Assembly: GCA_944349735.1 (NCBI GenBank)
Contig: CALVNM010000003.1
Location: forward strand, 1 to 59,809
Source: an uncultured Clostridia bacterium
GTDB lineage: Bacteria; Bacillota; Clostridia; Christensenellales; DTU072
DNA length: 59,809 nucleotides
Reading direction: 5' to 3'
The notes beneath the pieces were generated by a model. It worked only from the letters and a program-made list of their open reading frames with translations. It searched no databases and had not been told where the DNA came from. The position numbers and the translations under genes are program-made. Shown piece by piece: positions 50,393 through 59,294 of this stretch (position 1 is its first letter; every line of letters begins with the position of its first letter).

Positions 50393-53300
50393 ATGCTTCC
50401 GAACAGACTTTTACCGGAACGGATAGGCGGCGATTACGCCGCGATGAAGTCCGCCGTAGGGTCGGGTAAGCCGACGGCGGTTTTTTACGCTACCCAGAAC
50501 GCAAGATACTGGCTCGCCGCGGCTACGGGTAAATTTTTCCTTTACGTCACCGCGGACAGAATGGCGGCGAGGAGCGCGAAGGAGATACTCGAGAGTTATT
50601 GCGGTAGGGAAGTCGCTCTCGTACCGGAACGGGACGACGTGCTTTACAACGTCAAGGTAAACACTTCCACCACGGTCGCGGAGAGAACTTCCGCGCTTGC
50701 CGCGATACTGACGGGTAAGGTCGCGGGAGCCGTAGTCTCTGCCGAAGGCGTATTGCAGAGATACCCGTCCCGCAGTCTTTTCTTAAAGGCGCTTACCTTA
50801 CTCAAAAAAGGCGCGTATATTCCTCCCGAGGAGCTTGCCGAACGCCTCGTGTCTGGCGGCTACCGTCCCTCGGAACAGGTGCTGAAAGAGGGCGATTTTG
50901 CCCGACGCGGAGACGTATTCGATATATGGAACGCAGGCGCGGAGCTGCCGGTAAGGCTCGAATTTTTCGGCGACGAAATAGAGAGTATCAGGCTTTTCGC
51001 GCCAGAATCGATGCTCTCGGTAAGAGAGACAGACGAGGTGACCGTTGCGCCGGTAAGTGATATTTTGGTATCCCGAGAAGTGGCGGATAGCGCCCTGAAA
51101 CGCCTGTTTGCGTTGAAGAAAAAAGCTTTCCGCGAGCTTAGCGACAATATCGATTCGGTAGCGGAGAGACTGGAAGCGGATCCCGGCGATCCTTCCCTGG
51201 TATGGGCGCTTCCCTTCGTGAAAGAATGCACCGACGACATCGTAAGTTATCTTCCCGAGGACGCGGTGGTGGTGCTGGACGAGCCGCGCGCTATAGACGA
51301 GAAACTCAAGCTGTATCGCAACGCGCATACCGTTCGCGTGAAAAGTCTGGCAGAGTCGGGCGCGGTTACCGCCGAGCATGCGGAAAGCATTTATACCGCG
51401 GAAGAAGCGGTCGCGCTTTTCGGAGCGAGAACGATACTCGGATTCCAGCAGATAACTTCTTCAAACCCCGTATTCGAGCCGAAAGCGATATTCAGCCTGA
51501 AGTCGCTTCCGCTCACGCGCTACAGCTCCAATTACGAAGCGCTCGCCGCCGACGTGAAAAATCTGTGCATAGGCGGATCGCATACGATGATCTATGCGGG
51601 CAACGAGGGGACGGCGGAGACGCTTGCCGAATTTTTCCGCGAGCACGACATAGGGGTTCGGATCACCGCCGATACCGAGGACGAATATCCCGTCGTCATA
51701 ATTCCCGAAAGACTGGCGCGAGGGTTCGTCTGTCCCGCGGCAAAGCTCGCGCTGATAGGTACCGACGACGTGGTGCGCAGATCCGGCGCGCCGAGAAAGA
51801 GCGCCGCGCGTAAGCGGCAGGCGTTCGTGATGCCCGAGAAGGGAGATTACGTCGTCCACGAGCGGCACGGCATAGGTATGAGCGAAGGACTGGTCACGCT
51901 GACTACTTCGCTCGGCACCAAGGATTATTACTGTATCCTGTACCGCGGGGGAGACAGGCTGTATCTTCCCACGGACAGGCTCGACGAGGTGGACAAATAC
52001 ACCGGAGGCGGTACGCCGCAACTCAACAAGCTCGGCAGCAAGGAATTCGAAAGAGTCAAGGAACGCGTGCGCGGCTCGGTGAAGAAGATGGCTACCGATC
52101 TCGTCGCCCTTTACGAGAAGCGTCTCCGCGCCAAAGGATATAAGTACTCCGCCGACACCGTATGGCAGAAGGAGCTTGAGGATAACTTCCCTTACGACGA
52201 GACCGACGACCAGCTTATAGCGATAGCGGAGATAAAAGAAGACATGGAGAAGGGCAAGGTCATGGACCGTCTTCTGTGCGGCGACGTGGGTTTCGGCAAG
52301 ACGGAAGTAGCTGTACGCGCCATATTCAAGACCATAATCGAAGGGAAGCAGGCGGCGTTTCTTTCGCCCACCACTATACTCGCTCAGCAACACTACAACA
52401 CGCTGTCCGAGCGCTTTGCGCCGTTCGGCATCAAAATAGATCTTTTGTCACGTTTGGTATCCCGAGAAGGGATAAAGAATGCCCTCGAACGCATAAAATC
52501 GGGCGAGACAAGCGTCATAGTGGCGACCCACAGACTGCTCGGGAAAGACGTCGTTTTCAAGGACCTCGGGCTGCTAGTGCTCGACGAGGAACAGCGGTTC
52601 GGAGTGGAGCATAAAGAGAAGATCAAAATCCTCAAGAACAACGTCAACGTACTGAGCATGTCCGCTACTCCGATACCGCGTACTCTTCATATGGCTTTGA
52701 GCGGGATACGCGACATCTCCACGCTCGAGACCCCTCCTGAGAGCCGTCTGCCCGTCGAGACCTACGTGGTCGAATGCTCGGACGCGCTTATCAGAGACGC
52801 CTGTACGCGAGAGCTTGCGCGCGGCGGGCAGGTATTCATTCTTTTCAACAGGGTGCAGGGCATAGAGAAATTCCATAGAGAAATATCCGATCTTCTCGGC
52901 GACGAAGCGCGGGTCATATATGCCCACGGACAGATGGACGACGCGCTTCTCGAGGAGAGGATAAGGGCTTTTTATAACAAAGAAGCGGACGTGCTGATAG
53001 CCACTACTATCATCGAGAACGGCATAGACATTCCGGACGCGAACACTCTCATCGTGATAGACGCCGACAGACTCGGACTCGGCGAACTGTATCAGCTGCG
53101 CGGCAGAGTGGGCAGAAGCCACAACCTCGCGTACGCATATTTTACGGTACGCGAAGGGAAAGTGCTTACGGAGAACGCGGGCAAGCGTCTCGACGCGCTT
53201 ATGCGCTATACGGAGCTGGGCAGCGGATTCAAGATAGCGATGCAGGATCTCGAGATCCGCGGCGCGGGCAACGTGCTGGGCAGAGAACAGCACGGCAACA

Positions 53301-53863
53301 TGGAGAAAGTGGGATACGACCTTTACTGCAAGATCCTGCGCGAATGCGTGGGAGAAATGCGAGGGGAAAAGATCAACGTCCTTAGGGAAGTGGAGATCGT
53401 AGTGGAGGGCGATACCGCTCTGCCCGCCGATTACATTCCCGAAGGCAGCGGCAGGGTCGCTTTCTATAAGAGGATCTCTTCGCTCGGCGGGCAGAAGGAA
53501 TACGAGGAATGCGTGCGCGAAGTGCGCGACGTCTACGGACCGCTTCCGCAGGCTGCCGAGAACCTCGTCAAAGTGGGTCTGATCAAAAATCTGGCAAGGA
53601 AGCTCGACATAAAGAAAGTGACCGTCGCGGAAAGGGGCTACGGCATAGTTTTCTACGAGGACGCGAGCCTGAAGAACGCGGGTCTTCTCGCGGCGCTCGA
53701 CAAATTCCGTTCCGACGCCGTGCTCATACCCTCGTCTCCCGTGCAGGTGATATTCTCTCCCAAGATATACGGCGCGAGCGCGCGTCTCGATTTCGTAACG
53801 GAGTTTCTTGCCGCCGCCGAAGAGGCGGGGAAAAAGTCCGACGCCGATCCTTTCGGCTGCTGA
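50393..53863 (+). CDS. mfd: Transcription-repair coupling factor Mfd
   Basis: 1156 aa. RNAP-interacting CarD-like region, superfamily-2 helicase motifs (GDVGFGKTEVA, DEEQRFG), TRG motif region. Confidence 0.97.
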   Translation: MLPNRLLPERIGGDYAAMKSAVGSGKPTAVFYATQNARYWLAAATGKFFLYVTADRMAARSAKEILESYCGREVALVPERDDVLYNVKVNTSTTVAERTSALAAILTGKVAGAVVSAEGVLQRYPSRSLFLKALTLLKKGAYIPPEELAERLVSGGYRPSEQVLKEGDFARRGDVFDIWNAGAELPVRLEFFGDEIESIRLFAPESMLSVRETDEVTVAPVSDILVSREVADSALKRLFALKKKAFRELSDNIDSVAERLEADPGDPSLVWALPFVKECTDDIVSYLPEDAVVVLDEPRAIDEKLKLYRNAHTVRVKSLAESGAVTAEHAESIYTAEEAVALFGARTILGFQQITSSNPVFEPKAIFSLKSLPLTRYSSNYEALAADVKNLCIGGSHTMIYAGNEGTAETLAEFFREHDIGVRITADTEDEYPVVIIPERLARGFVCPAAKLALIGTDDVVRRSGAPRKSAARKRQAFVMPEKGDYVVHERHGIGMSEGLVTLTTSLGTKDYYCILYRGGDRLYLPTDRLDEVDKYTGGGTPQLNKLGSKEFERVKERVRGSVKKMATDLVALYEKRLRAKGYKYSADTVWQKELEDNFPYDETDDQLIAIAEIKEDMEKGKVMDRLLCGDVGFGKTEVAVRAIFKTIIEGKQAAFLSPTTILAQQHYNTLSERFAPFGIKIDLLSRLVSREGIKNALERIKSGETSVIVATHRLLGKDVVFKDLGLLVLDEEQRFGVEHKEKIKILKNNVNVLSMSATPIPRTLHMALSGIRDISTLETPPESRLPVETYVVECSDALIRDACTRELARGGQVFILFNRVQGIEKFHREISDLLGDEARVIYAHGQMDDALLEERIRAFYNKEADVLIATTIIENGIDIPDANTLIVIDADRLGLGELYQLRGRVGRSHNLAYAYFTVREGKVLTENAGKRLDALMRYTELGSGFKIAMQDLEIRGAGNVLGREQHGNMEKVGYDLYCKILRECVGEMRGEKINVLREVEIVVEGDTALPADYIPEGSGRVAFYKRISSLGGQKEYEECVREVRDVYGPLPQAAENLVKVGLIKNLARKLDIKKVTVAERGYGIVFYEDASLKNAGLLAALDKFRSDAVLIPSSPVQVIFSPKIYGASARLDFVTEFLAAAEEAGKKSDADPFGC

Positions 53864-54040
53864 CGAACGGAGAAAAAGGGCGTTTCGGAGCCTTATCCTA
53901 CTTTCTTCACATTACGTACACGCGCCCGTATAAAAATTTTACCCTTATTTCCTTGTCTTTTGCCCGAGTATAGGGTATAATGCATATTACTTATGGAAAC
54001 TTTCCGAACGGAGTTTCGACGGATAAGGAGTTTAACCCGG

Positions 54041-56230
54041 ATGTTAAAGAAAAGAATTTTCGGCTTGCTCGCCGTTCTTCTCATCGCTTCTCTTCTCGCC
54101 GCCTGCGCGGTGGGATGCACTTTCGTTAAGAAGAACGAGGACAGAGCCGCCAACGAAAACTACGTCACCATCAACAACAAGGGCATCACGCTTACCGTAT
54201 CCTATAACGAGCTGATGGATTATTTCAACAGCATGGGATACTATTACATCAATTATTACGGCTATTCCGTGGAGGACACACTCGACGTCTGCATCAGCAC
54301 CAAGATACAGACCAAATATCTCCTCACGGAAGCCATGGTATATCTTACGGGAGACGCGGTAAGCGCGGCGCGTAAGAGCGTGCTCGTAGGCGGCGGCGCG
54401 AAAGTCAATCCCGTGGACGTTCTCACCGTAGCCGAGAAATACGCGGCGATATACGCGGTCAATTCGAGCATCGATTCCAGTATCGAGACCGCCGAAGAGG
54501 AAGCTTATCAGGAAGATCTCAACCGCATCATGAACGCCATCCCCGCGGAAAACGTGAAAGAGATAGTTTTCGCGGAGGAAACTGAGGCGTATTTCGCGAA
54601 GTTTTTCCATGACGGCGAAGGTTGTTACGTCGGCAACGAGTTTGACACCGACCGCGTGAAGATCAGAGTCGTCTACGACAACGGCGAGAAGTCGGAAGCG
54701 TTCATAGTGCCTACCGGCGCATACACCACCGCTTTCTCTTCGGAAGCCACAGAGGATTACGCAGAGCGCACCGAGGACAAGAATTTCGTCATCTCTTTCA
54801 CCGAGAACGTGACCGACAAAGACGGCAACGTGACCGAGGAAGCGCACACTCTTACCTACGATTACAAACTCGTTTATCCGCGCGAGACTCTCGAGGAAGT
54901 CGAAGAGCCTACCGATTACGCGGAGATCACGATAGGGGATTTCGATCCCATATCGAGATATGCCAAAGAATCCGAGATCCCCGACGAGATCAAAGCCGCA
55001 TGCCGCATCCGCAACCTCGAGCAAGAATACGCGGACGCCGAGAAGAGCGGCAACAAATACAAGACCGAAGCCTACCGCGTCACTCTCGAGAACATGAAGA
55101 ATTCCTATAAGACCATGGAATACTTCTATAATTCCCAGTACGAGAGCACGGTGCTCAGCGCGCTCCAGGCGGAAATATATCTTGCGGCGGACAATTCCGC
55201 GGGAGCGGACGGCGTCATATCCGACGCCAAGATAGCGGAGGAATACCGTTATCTCTATACTACCGGCAAAAATTCTTACGGAACGGACGCCGACACCAAT
55301 AAGAGCGCGTTCATCACCGCGATCAAGAACGGTATGGACACCGTATATTATTATCCCTCCGTCACCGACATCGACGAATACTATTACGTTTACCAGATCC
55401 TCTTCTCGTTCACCGACGAGATGGAGGCATTCCTCGAAGAAGCGGGCGACGACGAGGAGACGATCAAGGAATTTACCGATTATTTCTACACCATCCTCGA
55501 GACGCAGCCTTCGAACGCCGACTATGACGCGGAGAAGTACGATCCCGAGGACGCCGAAACCGTCGAGCCTTTCGGAGACGAAGTGCTTGTGAAGGACGTT
55601 ATCGCGGAGCTCGAAACGAAGCTTGCGGAGATCTATGGCGGAACGAGCGAGAACAAGGCTTCGGAAGCCACGGAGCTCTTCCTCGAATATCTCTACAAAT
55701 ACAACGACGACCCCGGCATCTTCAATAACGCATACGGCTATCTCATGACCGCGGATCCTGAGGATTCGGGCTGGGTAGACGCCTTCAACGAACTCGGAGA
55801 AGCGATATTCACTTATAACAACGCCGCTCTCGGCGGCGCGGGCAAAGTCGGCAACGCGTTCGACGCGGACGGACATCTCGCGTATAAAGCTTCCAATTAC
55901 GGCATACATCTTATGATGATCAGCTCGACGCCTTTCGCGGGAGTGAACGACGAGGAGCTCGCGCTTATGGGAACCGACGCCGAGATAATCGCATATCTCA
56001 AGAGCCGCGTCAATCCTTCGACCGGCAAGAGCCTGTACGAAACGCTCCGCGACGGTCTGAAGACCGAGAACCGCACACTTAAGTATAACGCGTTCGTATC
56101 CAAAGTTCCCGAAGACATTTTCGAACGAGACGATAAGAACAATCTTACCGTGAACGAATCCGTCAAGGGCTTTATCGACATCAACGTCAAGAAGATCAAG
56201 AAAGAAATATACGACGTGTATTTGGGTTAA
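54041..56230 (+). CDS. Acidic lipoprotein, possibly PrsA/SurA-like chaperone
   Basis: Signal peptide with lipobox LLAAC. AAGGAG SD 10 nt upstream of the ATG at 54041. Weak parvulin-like YGIHLMMIS near the C-terminus. Position after mfd is typical for prsA-like genes in Clostridia. Confidence 0.5.
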   Translation: MLKKRIFGLLAVLLIASLLAACAVGCTFVKKNEDRAANENYVTINNKGITLTVSYNELMDYFNSMGYYYINYYGYSVEDTLDVCISTKIQTKYLLTEAMVYLTGDAVSAARKSVLVGGGAKVNPVDVLTVAEKYAAIYAVNSSIDSSIETAEEEAYQEDLNRIMNAIPAENVKEIVFAEETEAYFAKFFHDGEGCYVGNEFDTDRVKIRVVYDNGEKSEAFIVPTGAYTTAFSSEATEDYAERTEDKNFVISFTENVTDKDGNVTEEAHTLTYDYKLVYPRETLEEVEEPTDYAEITIGDFDPISRYAKESEIPDEIKAACRIRNLEQEYADAEKSGNKYKTEAYRVTLENMKNSYKTMEYFYNSQYESTVLSALQAEIYLAADNSAGADGVISDAKIAEEYRYLYTTGKNSYGTDADTNKSAFITAIKNGMDTVYYYPSVTDIDEYYYVYQILFSFTDEMEAFLEEAGDDEETIKEFTDYFYTILETQPSNADYDAEKYDPEDAETVEPFGDEVLVKDVIAELETKLAEIYGGTSENKASEATELFLEYLYKYNDDPGIFNNAYGYLMTADPEDSGWVDAFNELGEAIFTYNNAALGGAGKVGNAFDADGHLAYKASNYGIHLMMISSTPFAGVNDEELALMGTDAEIIAYLKSRVNPSTGKSLYETLRDGLKTENRTLKYNAFVSKVPEDIFERDDKNNLTVNESVKGFIDINVKKIKKEIYDVYLG

Positions 56231-56296
56231 AACGGTTGCGTTTTACGGGGAATGCGATTATAATTATCGATAAATTGAAAATTAGGAGGTAACGAC

Positions 56297-56671
56297 ATGA
56301 ATTACAGTGAAGTGCAGACGCATCTCGATATAGTTAAATGGCACGAAAGCGAGGATCGCGGAATGGATATGTGCAGACATATGCCTTACTGCGAATACTG
56401 CCGCGGCGAAGAGGAATATCCCTGTGCCAAAGCTTACGAGAGAATGGAACAGGCGAAAGCGGAAGCGGAAGCAAAAGAAGTGAAGAAGGCGAAGAAAGCC
56501 GCCGCTCCCAAAGCGAAAGCCGCCCCTAAAGCGAAAGCCGCTCCCAAAGCGAAAGCCGAGGAAGTAAAAGCGGAGGCGAAAGCCGAAGAGAAAGCTCCCG
56601 CGAAAGCCGAAGAGAAGGCTCCCGCAGCGAAAGCCGCTCCCAAAGCGAAAGCCGCAAAGAAAAAAGCTTAA
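56297..56671 (+). CDS. Small protein with a Cys-rich N-terminal domain and a histone-H1-like A/K/P/E repeat tail
   Basis: CRHMPYCEYCRGEEEYPC followed by AAPKAKAAPKAKAAPKAKA... GGAGG SD upstream. Confidence 0.55.
   Translation: MNYSEVQTHLDIVKWHESEDRGMDMCRHMPYCEYCRGEEEYPCAKAYERMEQAKAEAEAKEVKKAKKAAAPKAKAAPKAKAAPKAKAEEVKAEAKAEEKAPAKAEEKAPAAKAAPKAKAAKKKA
56501..56554 (+). repeat. 3 x 18-bp in-frame tandem repeat encoding AAPKAK
   Basis: gccgctcccaaagcgaaa / gccgcccctaaagcgaaa / gccgctcccaaagcgaaa. A related 24-27-bp duplicated unit follows at 56581-56631. Confidence 0.8.
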
Positions 56672-56684
56672 CCGAAAGGAAAAG

Positions 56685-56710
56685 AAAAAAGCCCCGCGCG
56701 GGCTTTTTTC
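56685..56710 (+). terminator. Rho-independent terminator
   Basis: AAGCCC cgcgc GGGCTT followed by TTTTC. Confidence 0.55.
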
Positions 56711-56714
56711 GTAG

Positions 56715-57527
56715 GTGGAAATGCCGTACGAAGATATAGACGTTATCGCGGTCGCGGTAGCGGCGGGCGTTGCCGTCGCGGTGGCGGCGCTATCATTGTT
56801 CAAGAAGCTTTTAACTCCCGCGGCGACGGCAGTCGCCGCGGTCATTCTCGTTGCGGCAACGGTCTTTACGGGATACGCAGGGCTTGCGTTATACGCGGGC
56901 GCTTTCCTTATGTCGGGGATACTCTCCTTCGTCGGCAGAAAGACGAGGGCGGAGCGCGAAGCGGGTATCCATAAAAGAACGGGTACGCGCGGCGTCGTGC
57001 AGGTGATATGCAACGGGCTGCCCGCCCTCATTTTCTCTGCGGTGTGGTTTTCTACGGGCATATCCTCTTTCTATACCGCTTTCGTAGCTTCTCTCGCCGC
57101 GGGCTTTGCCGACTCCGCGGCTTCCGATATGGGCATCCTCTCACGCTGCACAGCGCGCAGTATTCTCACTTTCCGCCCCGTCAAAAGGGGATTGAGCGGG
57201 GGCGTCACCCCTTTAGGTACGCTGTCCGCTTTTTTGGGCGCGATATTCGTAGCCGCCGTCGCCCTTCCTTTCGGGAACGGCTACGGCATTGTTTCCTTCG
57301 CGGTAGCTTTCGCCGCGGCGTTCGCGGGCACTCTCGCGGATTCCGTTCTCGGCGCTTCTTTGCAGGCGCTGTACCGCTGCAACGAGTGCGGAGAACTTAC
57401 CGAAAAAGAGATCCATTGCGGCTCGCCCGCAACGCTCGTACGCGGAGCGCGCTTTATGGATAACGATCTGGTCAATCTCATCTCCCTTCTTTTCGCCGGC
57501 GCTTTCGCCGCGGCGATAGCGCTATGA
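56715..57527 (+). CDS. DUF92/TMEM19-family integral membrane protein
   Basis: Polytopic, Gly/Ala-rich helices, with an embedded CNECGELTEKEIHCG zinc-ribbon-like insert near the C-terminus. Confidence 0.55.
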   Translation: MEMPYEDIDVIAVAVAAGVAVAVAALSLFKKLLTPAATAVAAVILVAATVFTGYAGLALYAGAFLMSGILSFVGRKTRAEREAGIHKRTGTRGVVQVICNGLPALIFSAVWFSTGISSFYTAFVASLAAGFADSAASDMGILSRCTARSILTFRPVKRGLSGGVTPLGTLSAFLGAIFVAAVALPFGNGYGIVSFAVAFAAAFAGTLADSVLGASLQALYRCNECGELTEKEIHCGSPATLVRGARFMDNDLVNLISLLFAGAFAAAIAL

Positions 57528-57615
57528 ACGGCGATCCTCTCACGCGCGCCGTGCGCGCGCCGTTGTCCGGATATAAAATTATAGTCAAATAAATCAGAAA
57601 CAATATCTAAAGAAT

Positions 57616-57645
57616 TTGACATACGCGCGTGCGCGGTGATATATT
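57616..57645 (+). promoter_or_regulatory. Candidate guaA promoter TTGACA-18-TATATT with TGa extended -10
   Basis: TTGACAtacgcgcgtgcgcggTGaTATATT, about 57 nt upstream of the ATG at 57702. Confidence 0.45.
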
Positions 57646-57701
57646 TTTACCATAAAATACGCATCGCGTTTTTTATTTTCAAATACGAAAGGAGAGCAAC
57701 T

Positions 57702-58979
57702 ATGAAACAGGATATGATCGCCATCATCGATCTCGGCTCCGAGAACAATTCCGCCCTCGCGAGGGCTATCCGCGCTTACGGCGTGTATTCCGAGATATAC
57801 CCCCACGATATCACCGGCGCCGAATTCAAAGCGCTTTCCAACGTCAAAGGCGTTATACTGAACGGCGGACCCAACAACGTCGTGGACGGCGTAGCCATAG
57901 ACGTTTCCGACGAGATATACTCTGCGGGCGTTCCCGTAGTCGCTCTTAACCATAAAACCGATAAGTGCCCCGCGATCACCGAAGCGGAAGTCAAGAGCTT
58001 CGTATTCGACACCTGCAAGTGCGAAGCCAACTGGAACATGGCGAATTTCATCGACGATCAGGTGGAACTTCTCCGTAAGCAGATAGGGGACAAGAAGGTA
58101 TTGCTCGCTCTTTCGGGCGGCGTGGACTCCTCCGTCGTCGCGGCGCTTCTCATCAAAGCCATCGGCAAGCAGCTCGTCTGCGTGCACGTCAATCACGGAC
58201 TTCTCCGTAAAGGCGAACCCGAGCAGGTCATCAAGGTATTCCGCGAGGAGCTGGGAGCCACGCTCATCTATTCCGACTCCGTGGACAGGTTCCTCGATAA
58301 GCTCGCCGGAGTCAGCGATCCCGAGAAGAAGAGGAAGATAATAGGCGCCGAATTCATCCGCGTATTCGAGGAAGAAGCGCGCAAGCTCGACGGTATCGAC
58401 TTCCTCGCGCAGGGAACCATATATCCCGATATAGTGGAATCGGGAACCAAAACCAACAAAATAGTGAAATCTCATCACAATGTGGGCGGACTTCCCGACG
58501 ACCTTAAATTCGAGCTCGTGGAGCCCCTCAAGTACCTCTTCAAAGACGAAGTGCGTGCCTGCGGCAAGGCGCTCGGACTTCCTGACGACATGGTATACCG
58601 TCAACCCTTCCCCGGACCGGGACTGGGCGTAAGGTGCCTGGGAGCGATCACCCGCGACAGGCTGGAAGCGGTGAGAGAGAGCGACGCAATCCTGCGCGAA
58701 GAATTCGACAAAGCGGGACTTCGCGGCAAGGTATGGCAGTACTTCACGCTTATCCCCGACCTCAAGAGCGTGGGCGTCAAAGACAACGCGAGGTGCTTCG
58801 AGTGGCCCGTTATCATCCGTGCCGTCAACACGGTTGACGCGATGACCGCTACGATCGAACCCATCGACTATGCCGTGCTCAAGAAGATCACCGACAGGAT
58901 CCTTACGGAAGTGAAAGGCGTGAACCGCGTTCTTTACGACATCACCCCCAAGCCCACCGGCACGATAGAGTGGGAGTAA
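57702..58979 (+). CDS. guaA: GMP synthase. The ATP-pyrophosphatase and dimerisation domains are intact, and the N-terminal glutaminase domain is internally deleted.
   Basis: SGGVDSSV P-loop, KSHHNVGGLP, and the C-terminal KPTGTIEWE. AAAGGAG SD. 425 aa versus roughly 510-525 aa for canonical GuaA. Confidence 0.9.
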   Translation: MKQDMIAIIDLGSENNSALARAIRAYGVYSEIYPHDITGAEFKALSNVKGVILNGGPNNVVDGVAIDVSDEIYSAGVPVVALNHKTDKCPAITEAEVKSFVFDTCKCEANWNMANFIDDQVELLRKQIGDKKVLLALSGGVDSSVVAALLIKAIGKQLVCVHVNHGLLRKGEPEQVIKVFREELGATLIYSDSVDRFLDKLAGVSDPEKKRKIIGAEFIRVFEEEARKLDGIDFLAQGTIYPDIVESGTKTNKIVKSHHNVGGLPDDLKFELVEPLKYLFKDEVRACGKALGLPDDMVYRQPFPGPGLGVRCLGAITRDRLEAVRESDAILREEFDKAGLRGKVWQYFTLIPDLKSVGVKDNARCFEWPVIIRAVNTVDAMTATIEPIDYAVLKKITDRILTEVKGVNRVLYDITPKPTGTIEWE

Positions 58980-59004
58980 GGCGCAGAGCGTAATTCAAAA
59001 AGGA

Positions 59005-59029
59005 AACGCCCCGGAACGGGGCGTTTTTT
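59005..59029 (+). terminator. Rho-independent terminator after guaA
   Basis: AACGCCCCG gaa CGGGGCGTT followed by TTTT. Confidence 0.7.
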
Positions 59030-59294
59030 CGTGCGTTCCGCGAGGAAAGTCCGCGTTTCCTGCGCGTCGGGAAGGGGCGACGGCGCACGGGAAAAGTGTA
59101 CTATTGAATTTTATTTCCCGTGGGATTATAATTAAAGAAAGAATGCTTTTCCGACGCTAGTCGGACTTATAAGGAGGGCGAGAGTATGATTGTGAAATGA
59201 CCGGAGTCTATCGGGGTTAATGTCTGAGGCGCTGTCTTTGCGGAGCGCCCGTGTAAGGGGGAACGGCGTTAAATTTCATAAAGGAGAAACGACG

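Noticed and set aside
57528-57701. A purine (guanine) riboswitch upstream of guaA.
   Set aside because: The predicted promoter leaves only about a 55-nt leader. No three-way-junction or conserved purine-riboswitch loop sequences are recognisable.
59042-59052. GAGGAAAGTCC, which is identical to the conserved 5' P4 motif of RNase P RNA.
   Set aside because: The surrounding ~350 nt lack the complementary P4 3' strand and the other conserved RNase P regions. The motif sits just after the guaA terminator and is probably a chance match.
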